From Candidatus Cloacimonadales bacterium (GTDB taxonomy: Bacteria > Cloacimonadota > Cloacimonadia > Cloacimonadales > JAIOQZ01): a stretch of DNA of 64,000 nucleotides. The notes beneath the pieces are model-generated. The model was not told the origin of the DNA. It saw nothing but the letters and a program-made list of their open reading frames with translations, and ran no database searches. Of this stretch, positions 47,571 to 58,459 are shown one piece after another; the first letter of the stretch is position 1; each line of letters starts with the position of its first letter. The translations under genes and the position numbers were made by a program. The stretch spans positions 3,488,001-3,552,000 of the forward strand of contig OY771587.1 in assembly GCA_963674825.1 (NCBI GenBank), in the 5' to 3' direction.

Positions 47571-50402
47571 TTATTTTCTCATCTCATCCTGGATATATTT
47601 CACATAGGGTTTCACTGCTTCTTCGCCCTGGTAGCCCTTGACGATTTCAAGCAACTCGAGTCCTTTCTCGTATTGTTCAGATATAATGATCGGTCCGGTA
47701 ATTGCGCCGGCCAAACGCTTATTCAACGGATCGATTGTGATGGCACGTCTCAGTGTCTTGATTCCGTCGTCGGTCATGCCTGCTTCAAGCTGATAATCGG
47801 CCAGATCTACGTAATTCAAATAGTTACTCGGTTGCAGCTCGATCACCTTGTTCATGGTCTGAATTGCTTTCTCAACGCTTCCCTTTTGCAGGTAGAGCTC
47901 AGCAAGTTCGGCATAGATATCGGCCTGCTGATCCTTGCTTAGCGTATCGACCGCGGTTTTGATCTGATCTTCGCGCATCTGGATACGAGCAAGCATTTCA
48001 TCGCGTTTTTGGTACAGCGTATTGAGGCTTCTCTCCACGCCCTTGTTATCTTTGACGAATGCTACACCCTTTTCCATGTATTCGATCGCCTTGTTTACAT
48101 TACCGCGTTCGAGGTAGTAACGTGAAGCACGCATGATAAATGAAGCGCCGTAGTTTCCAAGCAGACGCATGGTGTTGGGATCTTTGTACATAGTGCTGTC
48201 GAAGATCCCCCGATATTGATATACACCTTCAATGCTGTTGAGGAGCCGCTTCATATCGGTGTTGTCCTCACGCTCGATAGAAACGAGCCGGTCAACCATA
48301 CCTTCGTTGCGGCGGAAATGGGTCAATCCAAGCTTGGGAACGATATCCGTGTCGCGACTGTCGGGAACCGTTACCGCGATGTAGATCGGGCGTTTGCCGT
48401 AGTTATCGCGGATAATCTGTAGCGCTGCCAGTTCGTTACTGTAGAGCACTGTCCCCTCTTTCAGCTCGACGAGGAAATCATCGGATGTGTTCGGGGATTC
48501 GATCTTGATACGTCCGCTGCGCGGTAATTGCATGGGATAGAGCGCAGTTCCATATTTACTGGGCGTGATCAGGCTATCGGGAATCGAGAATTCGATGCCT
48601 TCTTTGTCACGAAGCTGCCGGATATACCAGGGAGTATTGAGCAGACTAAGGTTCGCGACAGACACATCGAGCCGGATACCTTCGCACTCGGTGCGCTTGT
48701 ATTCCATCGCCTGGGTGATAAGTTCTTTCGTTTTATCAGTAGGATAAACATCCTTCGCGGGATATACATGCTCAACCGCGTACGGATCGTGAACCGCCTG
48801 AGCATACCAGAGCGGGAATGTATCGTTATCGCCATTAGTAAAGACGATCGCGTTTTCTTCGAGGCTGTTGAGGAAGTTAACGCCGTAGTCCAGCGCGATA
48901 ACGTCTTTGTGACGGTCATGAATGAAGTATTGAGAGGTGAGGTTGAACACCGGGAGAATCATCACGATTGCGAGTAAGATTGAAGCCAGCGCTTTCGATT
49001 TGTCCCAGATAAGACGCACGAGCCCAATGCTACCGATCGCCATCCAGATCGTCCAGAGGTAGTAGGCATTGGTGAAGAAGTATTCGCGGTCACGTACTTC
49101 TGCGTCGGAGAGGTTCATCACGAAAATCATGGCAATCGAGCTCATGAAGAAGAAGGAAAAGAAGTAAGCGAACGAATGCTTGTTGCGCTTTGCGTGGTGA
49201 TAAATACCGAAGAAGCCGAGTAGCGCGACAACCAGATTGGAAAGCACCTGGAAGAACGCCTGTCCGCCGCCAAACCATCTGGCGAGTGTCTCAGCGCTGA
49301 AGAATTGCCAGGAGAAGTAGCGCAGGAAATGGTAATCGACCTGATAGAACAGCGACGCGCGCCGTTCGAGGAAGCTGGTCACGCCGTACTGACGCCGTAG
49401 GATGTATTCCATGAAGAGCGGCATGTTGTGCGGGTAGCCTTCATTGATGAAAGGCCGGAGCGAGGAGCGCACCAGAAGAAAAGCATGCGAACTCAAGCCA
49501 ATTGCGATAAAGACAAGAGCCAGCATCCAGGCGTTGATCGTGACTTTGTCACGAAGGTGGAACCACAGAAGGCCGATACCGACAAGTGCGAACATCCATT
49601 TGCCAAGGCTGGGAATGCGTGCGCTTTCGCCAAGCATGTTGAAAACGGCGTAGATGATAATGATGCCGACCAGATAGATTCCCACACGTGCCCAGAATCC
49701 GCCGGAACGAACGTTGTGCCTTATGAGAGGATATACGGCAACAAACAAAACAGCCGGCGCTATCTGCAGCGATGTCTGATGGATGCCGAACCCAAGGAAA
49801 AAGACATAGATAATCAGGAGCAAAATGTTCTGGTGCGAGAAGTTACGGGATTTCTCAACCCAAACCATCGTTAGCCACATAATCAGGTTAATGATCAGGC
49901 TAAGGCCGGAATAGACTTCCGCTTCGATCGCGTTGTTCCAGAACGTGTAGGAAAACGCGGACATCAGTGCTGCGAATACGCCCATCATGATTACGAAAAG
50001 CGGCTTCTCTTCGTACATCGATACAAGCTTGACCGTGAAGAGATACAGGAACATCACTGCAAGTGCGGACATCAAGCCAGACAGGAAGTTGATAACCATC
50101 GCATGCGGTATGCTACCCCCGAGAACGGCAAAGAATCGACCCATCATGATATAGAATGGGTTGCCGGGCGGATGAGGAACCCCTAGGATACTGCTGCATG
50201 TGATATACTCGCCACAATCCCAGAATGAAAGCGATCTCGCTTGTGTCATGATATAGACGGCAAGCGTGGCAGCAAAGATTACAAGTGCGATGATTAGATT
50301 GGTCTTGCGGTTTACGACTGGCTGCGGGAAAAGCCTTGGGTTGCTATAGTAATTGACGGCTCCCATACCGCCGATCGTATTCTTCTTGTTTCCAGAAACC
50401 AT
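47571..50402 (-). CDS. DUF2723/TMEM260-like multi-TM protein with C-terminal TPRs
   Basis: SFWDCGEY; GVPHPPGNP; AEVY; RRQYG; FTNGDNDTFPLWYAQ; NLSLLNTPWY. Confidence 0.87.
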   Translation of the reverse strand: MVSGNKKNTIGGMGAVNYYSNPRLFPQPVVNRKTNLIIALVIFAATLAVYIMTQARSLSFWDCGEYITCSSILGVPHPPGNPFYIMMGRFFAVLGGSIPHAMVINFLSGLMSALAVMFLYLFTVKLVSMYEEKPLFVIMMGVFAALMSAFSYTFWNNAIEAEVYSGLSLIINLIMWLTMVWVEKSRNFSHQNILLLIIYVFFLGFGIHQTSLQIAPAVLFVAVYPLIRHNVRSGGFWARVGIYLVGIIIIYAVFNMLGESARIPSLGKWMFALVGIGLLWFHLRDKVTINAWMLALVFIAIGLSSHAFLLVRSSLRPFINEGYPHNMPLFMEYILRRQYGVTSFLERRASLFYQVDYHFLRYFSWQFFSAETLARWFGGGQAFFQVLSNLVVALLGFFGIYHHAKRNKHSFAYFFSFFFMSSIAMIFVMNLSDAEVRDREYFFTNAYYLWTIWMAIGSIGLVRLIWDKSKALASILLAIVMILPVFNLTSQYFIHDRHKDVIALDYGVNFLNSLEENAIVFTNGDNDTFPLWYAQAVHDPYAVEHVYPAKDVYPTDKTKELITQAMEYKRTECEGIRLDVSVANLSLLNTPWYIRQLRDKEGIEFSIPDSLITPSKYGTALYPMQLPRSGRIKIESPNTSDDFLVELKEGTVLYSNELAALQIIRDNYGKRPIYIAVTVPDSRDTDIVPKLGLTHFRRNEGMVDRLVSIEREDNTDMKRLLNSIEGVYQYRGIFDSTMYKDPNTMRLLGNYGASFIMRASRYYLERGNVNKAIEYMEKGVAFVKDNKGVERSLNTLYQKRDEMLARIQMREDQIKTAVDTLSKDQQADIYAELAELYLQKGSVEKAIQTMNKVIELQPSNYLNYVDLADYQLEAGMTDDGIKTLRRAITIDPLNKRLAGAITGPIIISEQYEKGLELLEIVKGYQGEEAVKPYVKYIQDEMRK

Positions 50403-50630
50403 GTACGCTCCCTGATAGTACTATTTCAAGAACGAATCGCTCAATCGCTGATTAACGTCAAGCAAATAAATCTCGAATGTTGAACGAACGATTCCCAAAG
50501 GTATTACACCTCTATTTTCAGGAGGATTGCAGTCAGGAATCAGTTGACCCGATTTCTCTTGACGCAGCTCCAATAAACGATAAATCTAAACTCCAGGAAT
50601 TACAATATAATTACAATGGAGTGACGATAT

Positions 50631-53600
50631 ATGAAGATCTCGATTCAATATAAGCTGATGATCGTGCTGGTTATTTTCGTTGTGCTCGCTACCGGCTTTC
50701 TAACCTGGGTTTTCTTCGGGAAGGCGAAACGGCGGCTTCTGGACGACACCCGTACAAGATTGCGCGATGTGGCAAGTATAGCAGCGTTGGGGATCGATAC
50801 AAGCCTGCATCAGACACTTCTATCGCGCGATCAGGAGCAATCTGAAGCATACCGCGTCATCAAGAAAAAGATGCAGATGATACGCGATTCATCCACCGAT
50901 ATCAAATACATCTACACAATGCGCTATGAAGCTCCCGGAACCATTCGGTTCGTGGTGGATGCCGAAGAAAATCCCCAGGAGATAGCACATCTTGGTGAGG
51001 TGTATGATGACCCCAGCGATTTTCTGAAAGACCATATTGCAGACATGCGGCAGACAATAGTCGAAGACGACTTTTACACCGACGAATGGGGTACCTGGCT
51101 GACGGGCTATGCTCCTGTTTACAAAGAAACAGGTGAGGTCGAGTGCATTCTCGGTATCGATGTCTCAGCAGACAAGGTTCTCCAGTACGAGAGGAATCTT
51201 CGCAACATCTATCTGACCATCTTCCTGCTCTGTATCCCCATCGTTCTGATCGCTGGGTGGTTTCTTGGCCGTACTATGACGGTTCCGATCAAAGAACTCG
51301 AGGCCTATACAAACAAGATTAGTCAGGGTGATTTCGATGTGAAGATTCCGCGTAAGACCAACGACGAAGTAGGTGATCTGACCGATTCGTTCAACGACAT
51401 GACCATGCAGCTAAAATGTTATACGACGGATCTGCGTGACGAAATTTCAAGGCGAAAATCAGCAGAAAACAAGTATCGTTCCATCTTCGACAACGCGATC
51501 GAGGGGATATTCCAGACAAGCCTCGAAGGTAAGTTACAAATGGCGAACAGGCAATTTCTCGACCTTTTTGGTTATGAGAAATTGGAAGATATCAACTGCC
51601 AGGAAGCCAGCGCGAAGTGCCTGTGGCAATCTGTGGATCAACGGCAGGATTTCATCGCGAAAGTTCAGGAAGATGGTATTCTGACCGGATTTCATGCGAA
51701 CATGGTGCGACGCGATGGAAAGCATATCCTGGCCGAAATCAACGCTCGGATGATCGAGCTTGATGATGCTATGTATATTGAAGGCATGGTGGTCGACATC
51801 ACCGAGCGACACGAGAAAGAAATCGCGGAACGGAATCGGCGCATCGCGGAAGAAGCTACCAAGACCAAGAGCGAATTTCTGGCTAACATGAGTCATGAAA
51901 TCCGTACACCAATGAATGCTATTATCGGGCTTTCGCAACTTGCGCTACGGACTGGGCTTACCGCACAGCAAAAAGACTATGTCAAGAAGATACATTCCTC
52001 TTCGCGTAACCTCATGCGCATCATCAACGACATCCTTGATTTCTCCAAGATCGAAGCCGGCAAAATGGAGCTTGAATATATCGATTTCGATCTCGATGAA
52101 GTGCTGTCAAGCCTCTCCAACGTCATCGGCCTGCAAGCCGAAGAAAAGGGGCTGGAGTTCCTATTCCATATCGAGAACAACGTCCCTTACTCACTCATCG
52201 GTGATCCGCTCCGGCTCAGCCAGATCATGATCAACCTCTGTAACAACGCCATCAAATTCACCGATCGTGGCTTCATCTTGTTGCGCGTAGCCGCAAAGGA
52301 GATTGACGACCACGATGTGATGCTACAATGCTCTGTGCGCGATACCGGCGTAGGTATCCCCAACAATAAACTCAAGACGGTGTTCGAATCGTTCAGTCAG
52401 GCGGAAGGCTCCACAACCCGTAAGCATGGCGGAACCGGGCTTGGACTCGCTATCGCGAAGAATCTGGTCACGATGATGAAGGGTAAGATTGACATCGATA
52501 GCGAGGTAGGAATCGGCACCACCATTTCCTTTACAGCTATACTGCGAAAGCAAAAATTGCAAACGCGGAGCGATCAGGTGATGCCTCTGACGCTGAGAAA
52601 CTTGAGGGCGCTGGTCGTGGACGACAACGATATTTCCCGTGAAATTCTAGTGGAGAATCTCCGTTCATTCTCAATTGTGGCCGATCAGGCTTCATCCGGT
52701 GAAGAAGCGCTCAAGATGTTGGAAGATCAATCCGAAAAAGATCCATACAACCTCGTCTTCATGGACTGGAAAATGCCCGGCATGGACGGTCTTGAAGCTA
52801 CGCGCAGGATTCGAGAGCATGATGGTCTGAAACAGATTCCTCAGATCCTCATGGTGACAGCGTTCTCCAAAGATATCGTACGCGAAGAAGCCGAGAAGAC
52901 CGGTATCAGCGGATTACTGGCCAAGCCGGTAAATCACTCCATGCTCTATGACTCGATTATGGAGGTGGTACACGAAGATTATCGTTCCACGCGCGATTTG
53001 ATTTCTCAGAAAGCGCATGAAATCAAGGGTCTGGAAGCGATACGCGGTGCGAACGTGCTCCTCGCTGAAGACAATGAGATCAACCAGCAGGTAGCGCGAG
53101 AGATCCTCGAAGATGAAGGCTTCCACGTCAGTATCGCGGAGAACGGACAGCAAGTGCTTGATATCCTTGCAGATACAAAAGAGCGTTTCGATGTCATTCT
53201 GATGGACATCCAGATGCCTGTGATGGACGGACTCGAGGCGAGTAAAAAGATTCGCGAAAGCGAGCACGATTACAGTAAAATCCCCATCATTGCCCTCACG
53301 GCTCACGCTATGAAGAGCGAACGTGATAAATCGGCACAAGCTGGAATGAACGCGCATGTCACCAAGCCCATTGAAGCGAACGATCTCCTTACCGCGATGG
53401 TGCAGGTGATTGAACCTCGCAAAGATTTCAAGCCCATTATGAAGAAAGTGGTAGAACCCACTGTTGCAGAAGATTTTCGGATTGATGGAATTGATGTGCA
53501 GAAAGGACTGGTCAATGTCCGGGGCAATGCAGATCTGTTCCGCAAACTGCTGGCGCAGTTCCATGGTGATTATCGTGAATCAGTCCAAGATCTGCGTGAT

Positions 53601-54071
53601 GCTTTGGCGAACCAGGATCATGAGCTATACGCCCGGAAAATCCACACATTGAAAGGTATCTCGGGCAGCCTTGCAGCCGAAGCGCTATACGAAGAAGCCG
53701 AGAAGCTCAACATCGCCTGCGAGAAAAGGGACATGGATGCGATCAACAAGCTTTCGGAGCATTTTTATAAGAACTTGCAGAGCGTTCTGGACGCGATCGA
53801 AGAATTCCTCGGCGTGCAGCCCAAAGCACAGAAGTTTGATGCAGCCAAGCCTGCGAAAGGTGATCTGAAGCCGCTACTTTTTGAGTTGGGCGAAATGCTC
53901 GATTTGGGCGATGTTGATGCAGAAGGGATCCTTGATGACATCCAATCCCATGTTCGGGATGAGAATGCGTTGGCGATGATCGCGAAATTACGGAAACAGC
54001 TTGACGAATATGAATTCGAGAAAGCTACTGATACATTGAATGAATTGCGCGAAGTCCTCGGCTTCGAATAA
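50631..54071 (+). CDS. Hybrid sensor histidine kinase (Cache-like, HAMP, PAS, HisKA, HATPase, 2 REC, Hpt)
   Basis: FLANMSHEIRTPMN; NNAIKFT; GGTGLGL; MDWKMP and MDIQMP receivers; HTLKG. Confidence 0.94.
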   Translation: MKISIQYKLMIVLVIFVVLATGFLTWVFFGKAKRRLLDDTRTRLRDVASIAALGIDTSLHQTLLSRDQEQSEAYRVIKKKMQMIRDSSTDIKYIYTMRYEAPGTIRFVVDAEENPQEIAHLGEVYDDPSDFLKDHIADMRQTIVEDDFYTDEWGTWLTGYAPVYKETGEVECILGIDVSADKVLQYERNLRNIYLTIFLLCIPIVLIAGWFLGRTMTVPIKELEAYTNKISQGDFDVKIPRKTNDEVGDLTDSFNDMTMQLKCYTTDLRDEISRRKSAENKYRSIFDNAIEGIFQTSLEGKLQMANRQFLDLFGYEKLEDINCQEASAKCLWQSVDQRQDFIAKVQEDGILTGFHANMVRRDGKHILAEINARMIELDDAMYIEGMVVDITERHEKEIAERNRRIAEEATKTKSEFLANMSHEIRTPMNAIIGLSQLALRTGLTAQQKDYVKKIHSSSRNLMRIINDILDFSKIEAGKMELEYIDFDLDEVLSSLSNVIGLQAEEKGLEFLFHIENNVPYSLIGDPLRLSQIMINLCNNAIKFTDRGFILLRVAAKEIDDHDVMLQCSVRDTGVGIPNNKLKTVFESFSQAEGSTTRKHGGTGLGLAIAKNLVTMMKGKIDIDSEVGIGTTISFTAILRKQKLQTRSDQVMPLTLRNLRALVVDDNDISREILVENLRSFSIVADQASSGEEALKMLEDQSEKDPYNLVFMDWKMPGMDGLEATRRIREHDGLKQIPQILMVTAFSKDIVREEAEKTGISGLLAKPVNHSMLYDSIMEVVHEDYRSTRDLISQKAHEIKGLEAIRGANVLLAEDNEINQQVAREILEDEGFHVSIAENGQQVLDILADTKERFDVILMDIQMPVMDGLEASKKIRESEHDYSKIPIIALTAHAMKSERDKSAQAGMNAHVTKPIEANDLLTAMVQVIEPRKDFKPIMKKVVEPTVAEDFRIDGIDVQKGLVNVRGNADLFRKLLAQFHGDYRESVQDLRDALANQDHELYARKIHTLKGISGSLAAEALYEEAEKLNIACEKRDMDAINKLSEHFYKNLQSVLDAIEEFLGVQPKAQKFDAAKPAKGDLKPLLFELGEMLDLGDVDAEGILDDIQSHVRDENALAMIAKLRKQLDEYEFEKATDTLNELREVLGFE

Positions 54072-54083
54072 TTGAGGTATTCA

Positions 54084-55280
54084 ATGAAGAAACAGCATAA
54101 AATCTTTATCGTTGAGGATGAGACTTTTAACATCAATATCCTCGTCGATATTCTCAAACCGAAGTATAAACTCTCTATAGCGAAAGAAGGTACTCGTGCC
54201 TTCGAGATGATTAAGAAAGTACAGCCGGACTTGATCCTGCTTGATGTCATGCTTCCCGGTATGAGCGGTCATGAGATATGCAAAATGCTCAAGAGTGATG
54301 AAGAGACTGCCACAATCCCGGTTATTTTCATGACGGCAAGAAACAGCCCGGAAGATATCGTTTATGGGTTAACCCTGGGTGCGGCAGACTACATCGTAAA
54401 GCCCATCAACTACATGGAATTATTATCGCGGATCAAAAACCACATATCGCTGGCTGATTATATCAAGGATCTTGCGCAACTCAATCAAAGTATCGATAAG
54501 CTCTCCGGCATCCTCCCCATGTGCCCAAGATGCCACAAGGTTCGTAGCGATGACGGCTATTGGAATAAGGTGGAGGCCTACCTTACAGATGTCGCTGAGC
54601 TTGATTTTACTCATGGCATATGCCCGGAATGTATTGAGAAGCTCTATCCCGATCTGAAAGCAAAACGTGTGCAATACGCGCAAGAGAACAAAGAAGGCAA
54701 CACTGATCTCAGCGGCAAGCCGCATGTGCTGATCATCGAAGACGAGAATTTCAATATCACACTCCTGAACGACATGCTGAAAGACGACTACAGAATCACA
54801 ATTGCCACAAGCGGTTCAGAAGGTCTCCAGATGCTGGAGAAAAACAAGATCGACCTTATCCTGTTGGATATCTTGATGGTCGGCATGAACGGTTACGAAG
54901 TGTGCGAGAAGATTAAGGCGCAAGAGAAATACCGCGATATTCCGGTTCTCTTTATGACCGTCATGCGCGAGACAAATGATATCATCCGCGCATTCCAGGT
55001 AGGAGCTGTCGATTACATCACCAAACCGATCCATTACGATGAGCTTTTCGCGCGGGTCAAAACGCAGATTGCCATCCGCAAGACCATCCTCGAACTCAAA
55101 CACGCCAAATCGATGTACGATGCGCTGTCAAGGCTGATCCCGATTTGCTCGAATTGCCAGAAGATACGTACAGATCAGGGGTTCTGGGAAGATGTGACGG
55201 ACTTCTTCAGCACGCACTCCAGCCTGAGATTCGAGAAGAGTCTTTGCCCTGACTGCCGCAAGGAAATTGGTTACGAATGA
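54084..55280 (+). CDS. Response regulator with two tandem REC + CxxC..CxxC modules
   Basis: LLDVMLP and LLDILMV receivers; LPMCPRCHKVR..HGICPEC; IPICSNCQKIR..SLCPDC. Confidence 0.88.
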   Translation: MKKQHKIFIVEDETFNINILVDILKPKYKLSIAKEGTRAFEMIKKVQPDLILLDVMLPGMSGHEICKMLKSDEETATIPVIFMTARNSPEDIVYGLTLGAADYIVKPINYMELLSRIKNHISLADYIKDLAQLNQSIDKLSGILPMCPRCHKVRSDDGYWNKVEAYLTDVAELDFTHGICPECIEKLYPDLKAKRVQYAQENKEGNTDLSGKPHVLIIEDENFNITLLNDMLKDDYRITIATSGSEGLQMLEKNKIDLILLDILMVGMNGYEVCEKIKAQEKYRDIPVLFMTVMRETNDIIRAFQVGAVDYITKPIHYDELFARVKTQIAIRKTILELKHAKSMYDALSRLIPICSNCQKIRTDQGFWEDVTDFFSTHSSLRFEKSLCPDCRKEIGYE

Positions 55281-56344
55281 AGAACCCTGTCGTTCTGCAC
55301 ATAGACACCGAGCAAGGTTTTCGCGGTGGCCAGCAGCAAGCACTCTATCTGCATCGCGAGATGATCGCACGCGGCATCGCAAGCTACTTCGCAGTTCCTA
55401 AAGATTCACTTCTATATAAGCGTATCGATCCAGCGCACGTTGTCCCCTATCGCTACCGTTGCGAATTTGACATCCTCAGCGGCCTGAAGCTGGCCCGTTT
55501 TGCGCGCAAGCATCAGATCAACATCTTACACGCACACAGCGGCCACGCACTAACAATCGGCATCTGGACAAAGCTTTTCCACCCATCCTGCAAACTGATC
55601 GCCTCGCGCAGAGTCGATTTCCGCATCCATGGTCGCTGGAAATACCGCAGCGCGGACAAGATCGTCTGCATCTCACGAGAGATCCAACGCGTCATGCTCT
55701 CCTGCAATATCGAGCCGGAACGACTTACTGTCATCCACAGCGGTGTCGATCTCGATCGCTTCGCAAGCTCCAAGGCAAGGAGAGACTATCTTCCCGAACC
55801 GTTGCGGGATAAGAAAATTATCGGCATTGTAGCCGCGCTTGCAGGGCACAAGGACTACCCCAATCTGCTCGGTGCAGCCCGAAACATTCTCGACCGTAAC
55901 CCGGACGTGGTGTTCGTATCGCTGGGCGATGGTCCCGAACGAGACAAGGTTCATGCTCTGGCGCAGGAAGAGCCGCTCAAGAGCCGGTTTCTGTTCCTCG
56001 GGCATCGTGACGACGTAGGACCAATCCTCAAAAGCTTCGATATCTTCGTGATGTCATCGCGAAAGGAGGGACTCGGGACGTCCATCATCGACGCCATGGC
56101 ACAAGGACTGCCCATCGTGGCGACCGATGCCGGCGGGATCCCTGAGATGATTCGTGATCGCGAGAATGGTATTCTGGTCAGGCGGCAGGACTCCGCAGCG
56201 CTCGCAGAGGGGCTCCAGTACATGCTCGATCACCCCGATTTCTCCCAAAAGATGGCACAAAAAGCCCTCGAAGAGGCCCCGCTCTTCAGCATGCAGAAGA
56301 TGGCCGAAGGCAATATCGAGCTGTATCGAGAAATATTGAGATAA
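55277..56344 (+). CDS. Glycosyltransferase family 4
   Basis: RGGQQQ; HKDY; EGLGTSIIDAMA; GGIPE. Confidence 0.9.
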   Translation: MKNPVVLHIDTEQGFRGGQQQALYLHREMIARGIASYFAVPKDSLLYKRIDPAHVVPYRYRCEFDILSGLKLARFARKHQINILHAHSGHALTIGIWTKLFHPSCKLIASRRVDFRIHGRWKYRSADKIVCISREIQRVMLSCNIEPERLTVIHSGVDLDRFASSKARRDYLPEPLRDKKIIGIVAALAGHKDYPNLLGAARNILDRNPDVVFVSLGDGPERDKVHALAQEEPLKSRFLFLGHRDDVGPILKSFDIFVMSSRKEGLGTSIIDAMAQGLPIVATDAGGIPEMIRDRENGILVRRQDSAALAEGLQYMLDHPDFSQKMAQKALEEAPLFSMQKMAEGNIELYREILR

Positions 56345-56371
56345 TAAGACCACAAGAAAACATTTATCTAC

Positions 56372-56400
56372 AAAAAAAGGCAGACACCCTGGCCTGCCCT
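56372..56400 (-). terminator. Probable terminator between convergent genes
   Basis: A7-GGCAG...CTGCC on the + strand. Confidence 0.5.
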
Positions 56401-56420
56401 ATGCAAAGTTTGTTATAACT

Positions 56421-57674
56421 CTACCACTTCCCGAGGATATCGCGGGATAGCAGCAGGTTGATTTCTTCCTGTTTTTGCAGGAGCTCGTAGTGCTTGGTGT
56501 TGAGGGTCTGCTGTGCGTTGAAGTAATCGATGCGCACGTTATCGAGGTCGATGAGGTTGAGCATTCCGAGCTTGAATTTCTCTTCCGCCATGGCGAGGTT
56601 TTCTTCTGCGAGTTGACGGGTGCGCTCAGCGATTTCCCACGTGTCGTGTAGCGTCTGCCAGTCCTGCTTGAGCTGCTTGAGCTCGAGTTTATCGGAGTCA
56701 ATGGTGTCGTCCAGATCGAGCTGATCGGAGATCATGTTTCGCTTGGCCCGTTTGTAAACAAAACCGTGTTCGAGCAGCTGATAGAGTGAGTAGGAAGCCG
56801 AGATACCGATAGTGTAATTATCGTGATACGAACCGAAGTCGAGGACGTCTTCCTTTTCATTGCTGTCCGGCGCGTAGCTGTAATTGTAGCTGTAGGAAGC
56901 CGTGACATTCGGGAAGAAGTTCAGCCACTGCTGGGTGAGGCTGCTTTTTTGCACGCGAAGATTGTTTTTCAGAACCTTCACTGTGAGTGGGTCCTCATAG
57001 GTGATATCTTCCGGCGAGGTTACTTCCACCGTCGTATCGGAAAGCGGGTAACCTTCGTCTTTGAGGTTGAGGTAGTCGAAGAGTTTTTCGCGTGTCTTCT
57101 GTAGCTGGTTCTCACCATCGCGAACGGATATCTGAGAATTAAGCAGCGATATCTCGCTCTGCTTGAGGTCGAGTAAGGTTCTTCGATTGCTTTGATACAG
57201 GGTGTTTGTCTGGTCGTAAACTTTCTCCTGAAGCTTAAGCTCTTCTTTCAGGATATCCAGATTCTTCTCCGCTTCCAGCACGTTGATGTAGCGACTGAAT
57301 ATCTCATACGCAGCGGACTTGCGGATCGCGTCCCAGGAATAGTTAGCGCTCTCCATGTTGATAACCGACTGCTCCAGGCTGAACCATGTGGGCTCATCAA
57401 GTGAGATGGATTTGGACAGGCTGAATCCTGCGTTATCCGTTTCGACACCGTGCGATTGGGTCTTGCTTGCTGAGAGGGAAGCATCCGGCAGCACGAGGTC
57501 GAGCATGCTCGAGTAATAGTTTGATTTGCTGTTACTGTGACTGAGGCTTTGTTGGCGGATAGCAGTAACCTGCTCCAGTCCCTTCTCAATCAATCCGTCG
57601 AGTGTATATTCCTGTGCGAAAGCTGTCAGCATTGTACTGGCCAACACCATACAAAATAAAAACCGTTTGATCAT
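56421..57674 (-). CDS. TolC-family outer-membrane efflux protein
   Basis: Signal peptide; two OEP repeats; LAEENLAMAEEKFKLG. Confidence 0.85.
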   Translation of the reverse strand: MIKRFLFCMVLASTMLTAFAQEYTLDGLIEKGLEQVTAIRQQSLSHSNSKSNYYSSMLDLVLPDASLSASKTQSHGVETDNAGFSLSKSISLDEPTWFSLEQSVINMESANYSWDAIRKSAAYEIFSRYINVLEAEKNLDILKEELKLQEKVYDQTNTLYQSNRRTLLDLKQSEISLLNSQISVRDGENQLQKTREKLFDYLNLKDEGYPLSDTTVEVTSPEDITYEDPLTVKVLKNNLRVQKSSLTQQWLNFFPNVTASYSYNYSYAPDSNEKEDVLDFGSYHDNYTIGISASYSLYQLLEHGFVYKRAKRNMISDQLDLDDTIDSDKLELKQLKQDWQTLHDTWEIAERTRQLAEENLAMAEEKFKLGMLNLIDLDNVRIDYFNAQQTLNTKHYELLQKQEEINLLLSRDILGKW

Positions 57675-57862
57675 ATCCGATTTCTCCTTTCGAAGTAACA
57701 AAACTTGGCCATGTAAGCACGAACCAGGTTACATAGATTTCGTTGCAATTCACATACCAATTACTCAGACAAGCGCAAACCGCTTTTCCTGCGCATCAAT
57801 TCTCACTTTCTTTCGTCTGGTATGCCCGTCCGCGAGACATTCATGTGCGGTGACGGACAGCC

Positions 57863-58450
57863 TTAGAACAGCTGAAGAAGCAGATAGATCACAAAATTAA
57901 ACAGGCCGATCAGACCGGATAAGCCCAGCATAAAGTAGGTAACATAGCGATGAAAATACTTGTCGAAATACATCATCACCTGATCTACATCCGCCTTAGC
58001 CTCAATCAAATCGATATAACGTGTCAGCTCGTACTTCTTTACCAGGAACGGCACGAAGCTGCGCAGGAAGTGCCTGGCGAATTCGTAAACAAACAGTGCC
58101 AGAATCTCACGAATCTTCTCTTTGACTGGCGCAGGAAGGTACTTCATCCGCATCACGCCGTCGAGCTTATTGTATGTCTCGTCGTAGATGCGATGCTCCC
58201 ATTCCCAGAGCTTCGATGAGCGATCTTTGCGATTGGCTGCGTTCTCCAGGTAGTATTTCACCCAGAAATTTACCTTGGTGAAGAACCATGTCTTTTTCCT
58301 TCGGAGAAATCCGGGCGTGAACGGCACTGGTTTGCCAAACCAGTGGAGCTGTTTCTTCGGGAAGAACAGAAACCACCGTACCGGCTGAACCAGCAGAAAT
58401 CCCGCCAGAACATTCATGAGAAGCAGGATGAACGCTTTGAGGAATATCAC
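57863..58450 (-). CDS. Hypothetical membrane protein (DUF445-like)
   Basis: WFLFFPKK..PFTPGFL; N- and C-terminal TM helices. Confidence 0.65.
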   Translation of the reverse strand: MIFLKAFILLLMNVLAGFLLVQPVRWFLFFPKKQLHWFGKPVPFTPGFLRRKKTWFFTKVNFWVKYYLENAANRKDRSSKLWEWEHRIYDETYNKLDGVMRMKYLPAPVKEKIREILALFVYEFARHFLRSFVPFLVKKYELTRYIDLIEAKADVDQVMMYFDKYFHRYVTYFMLGLSGLIGLFNFVIYLLLQLF

Positions 58451-58459
58451 GAATACCTC

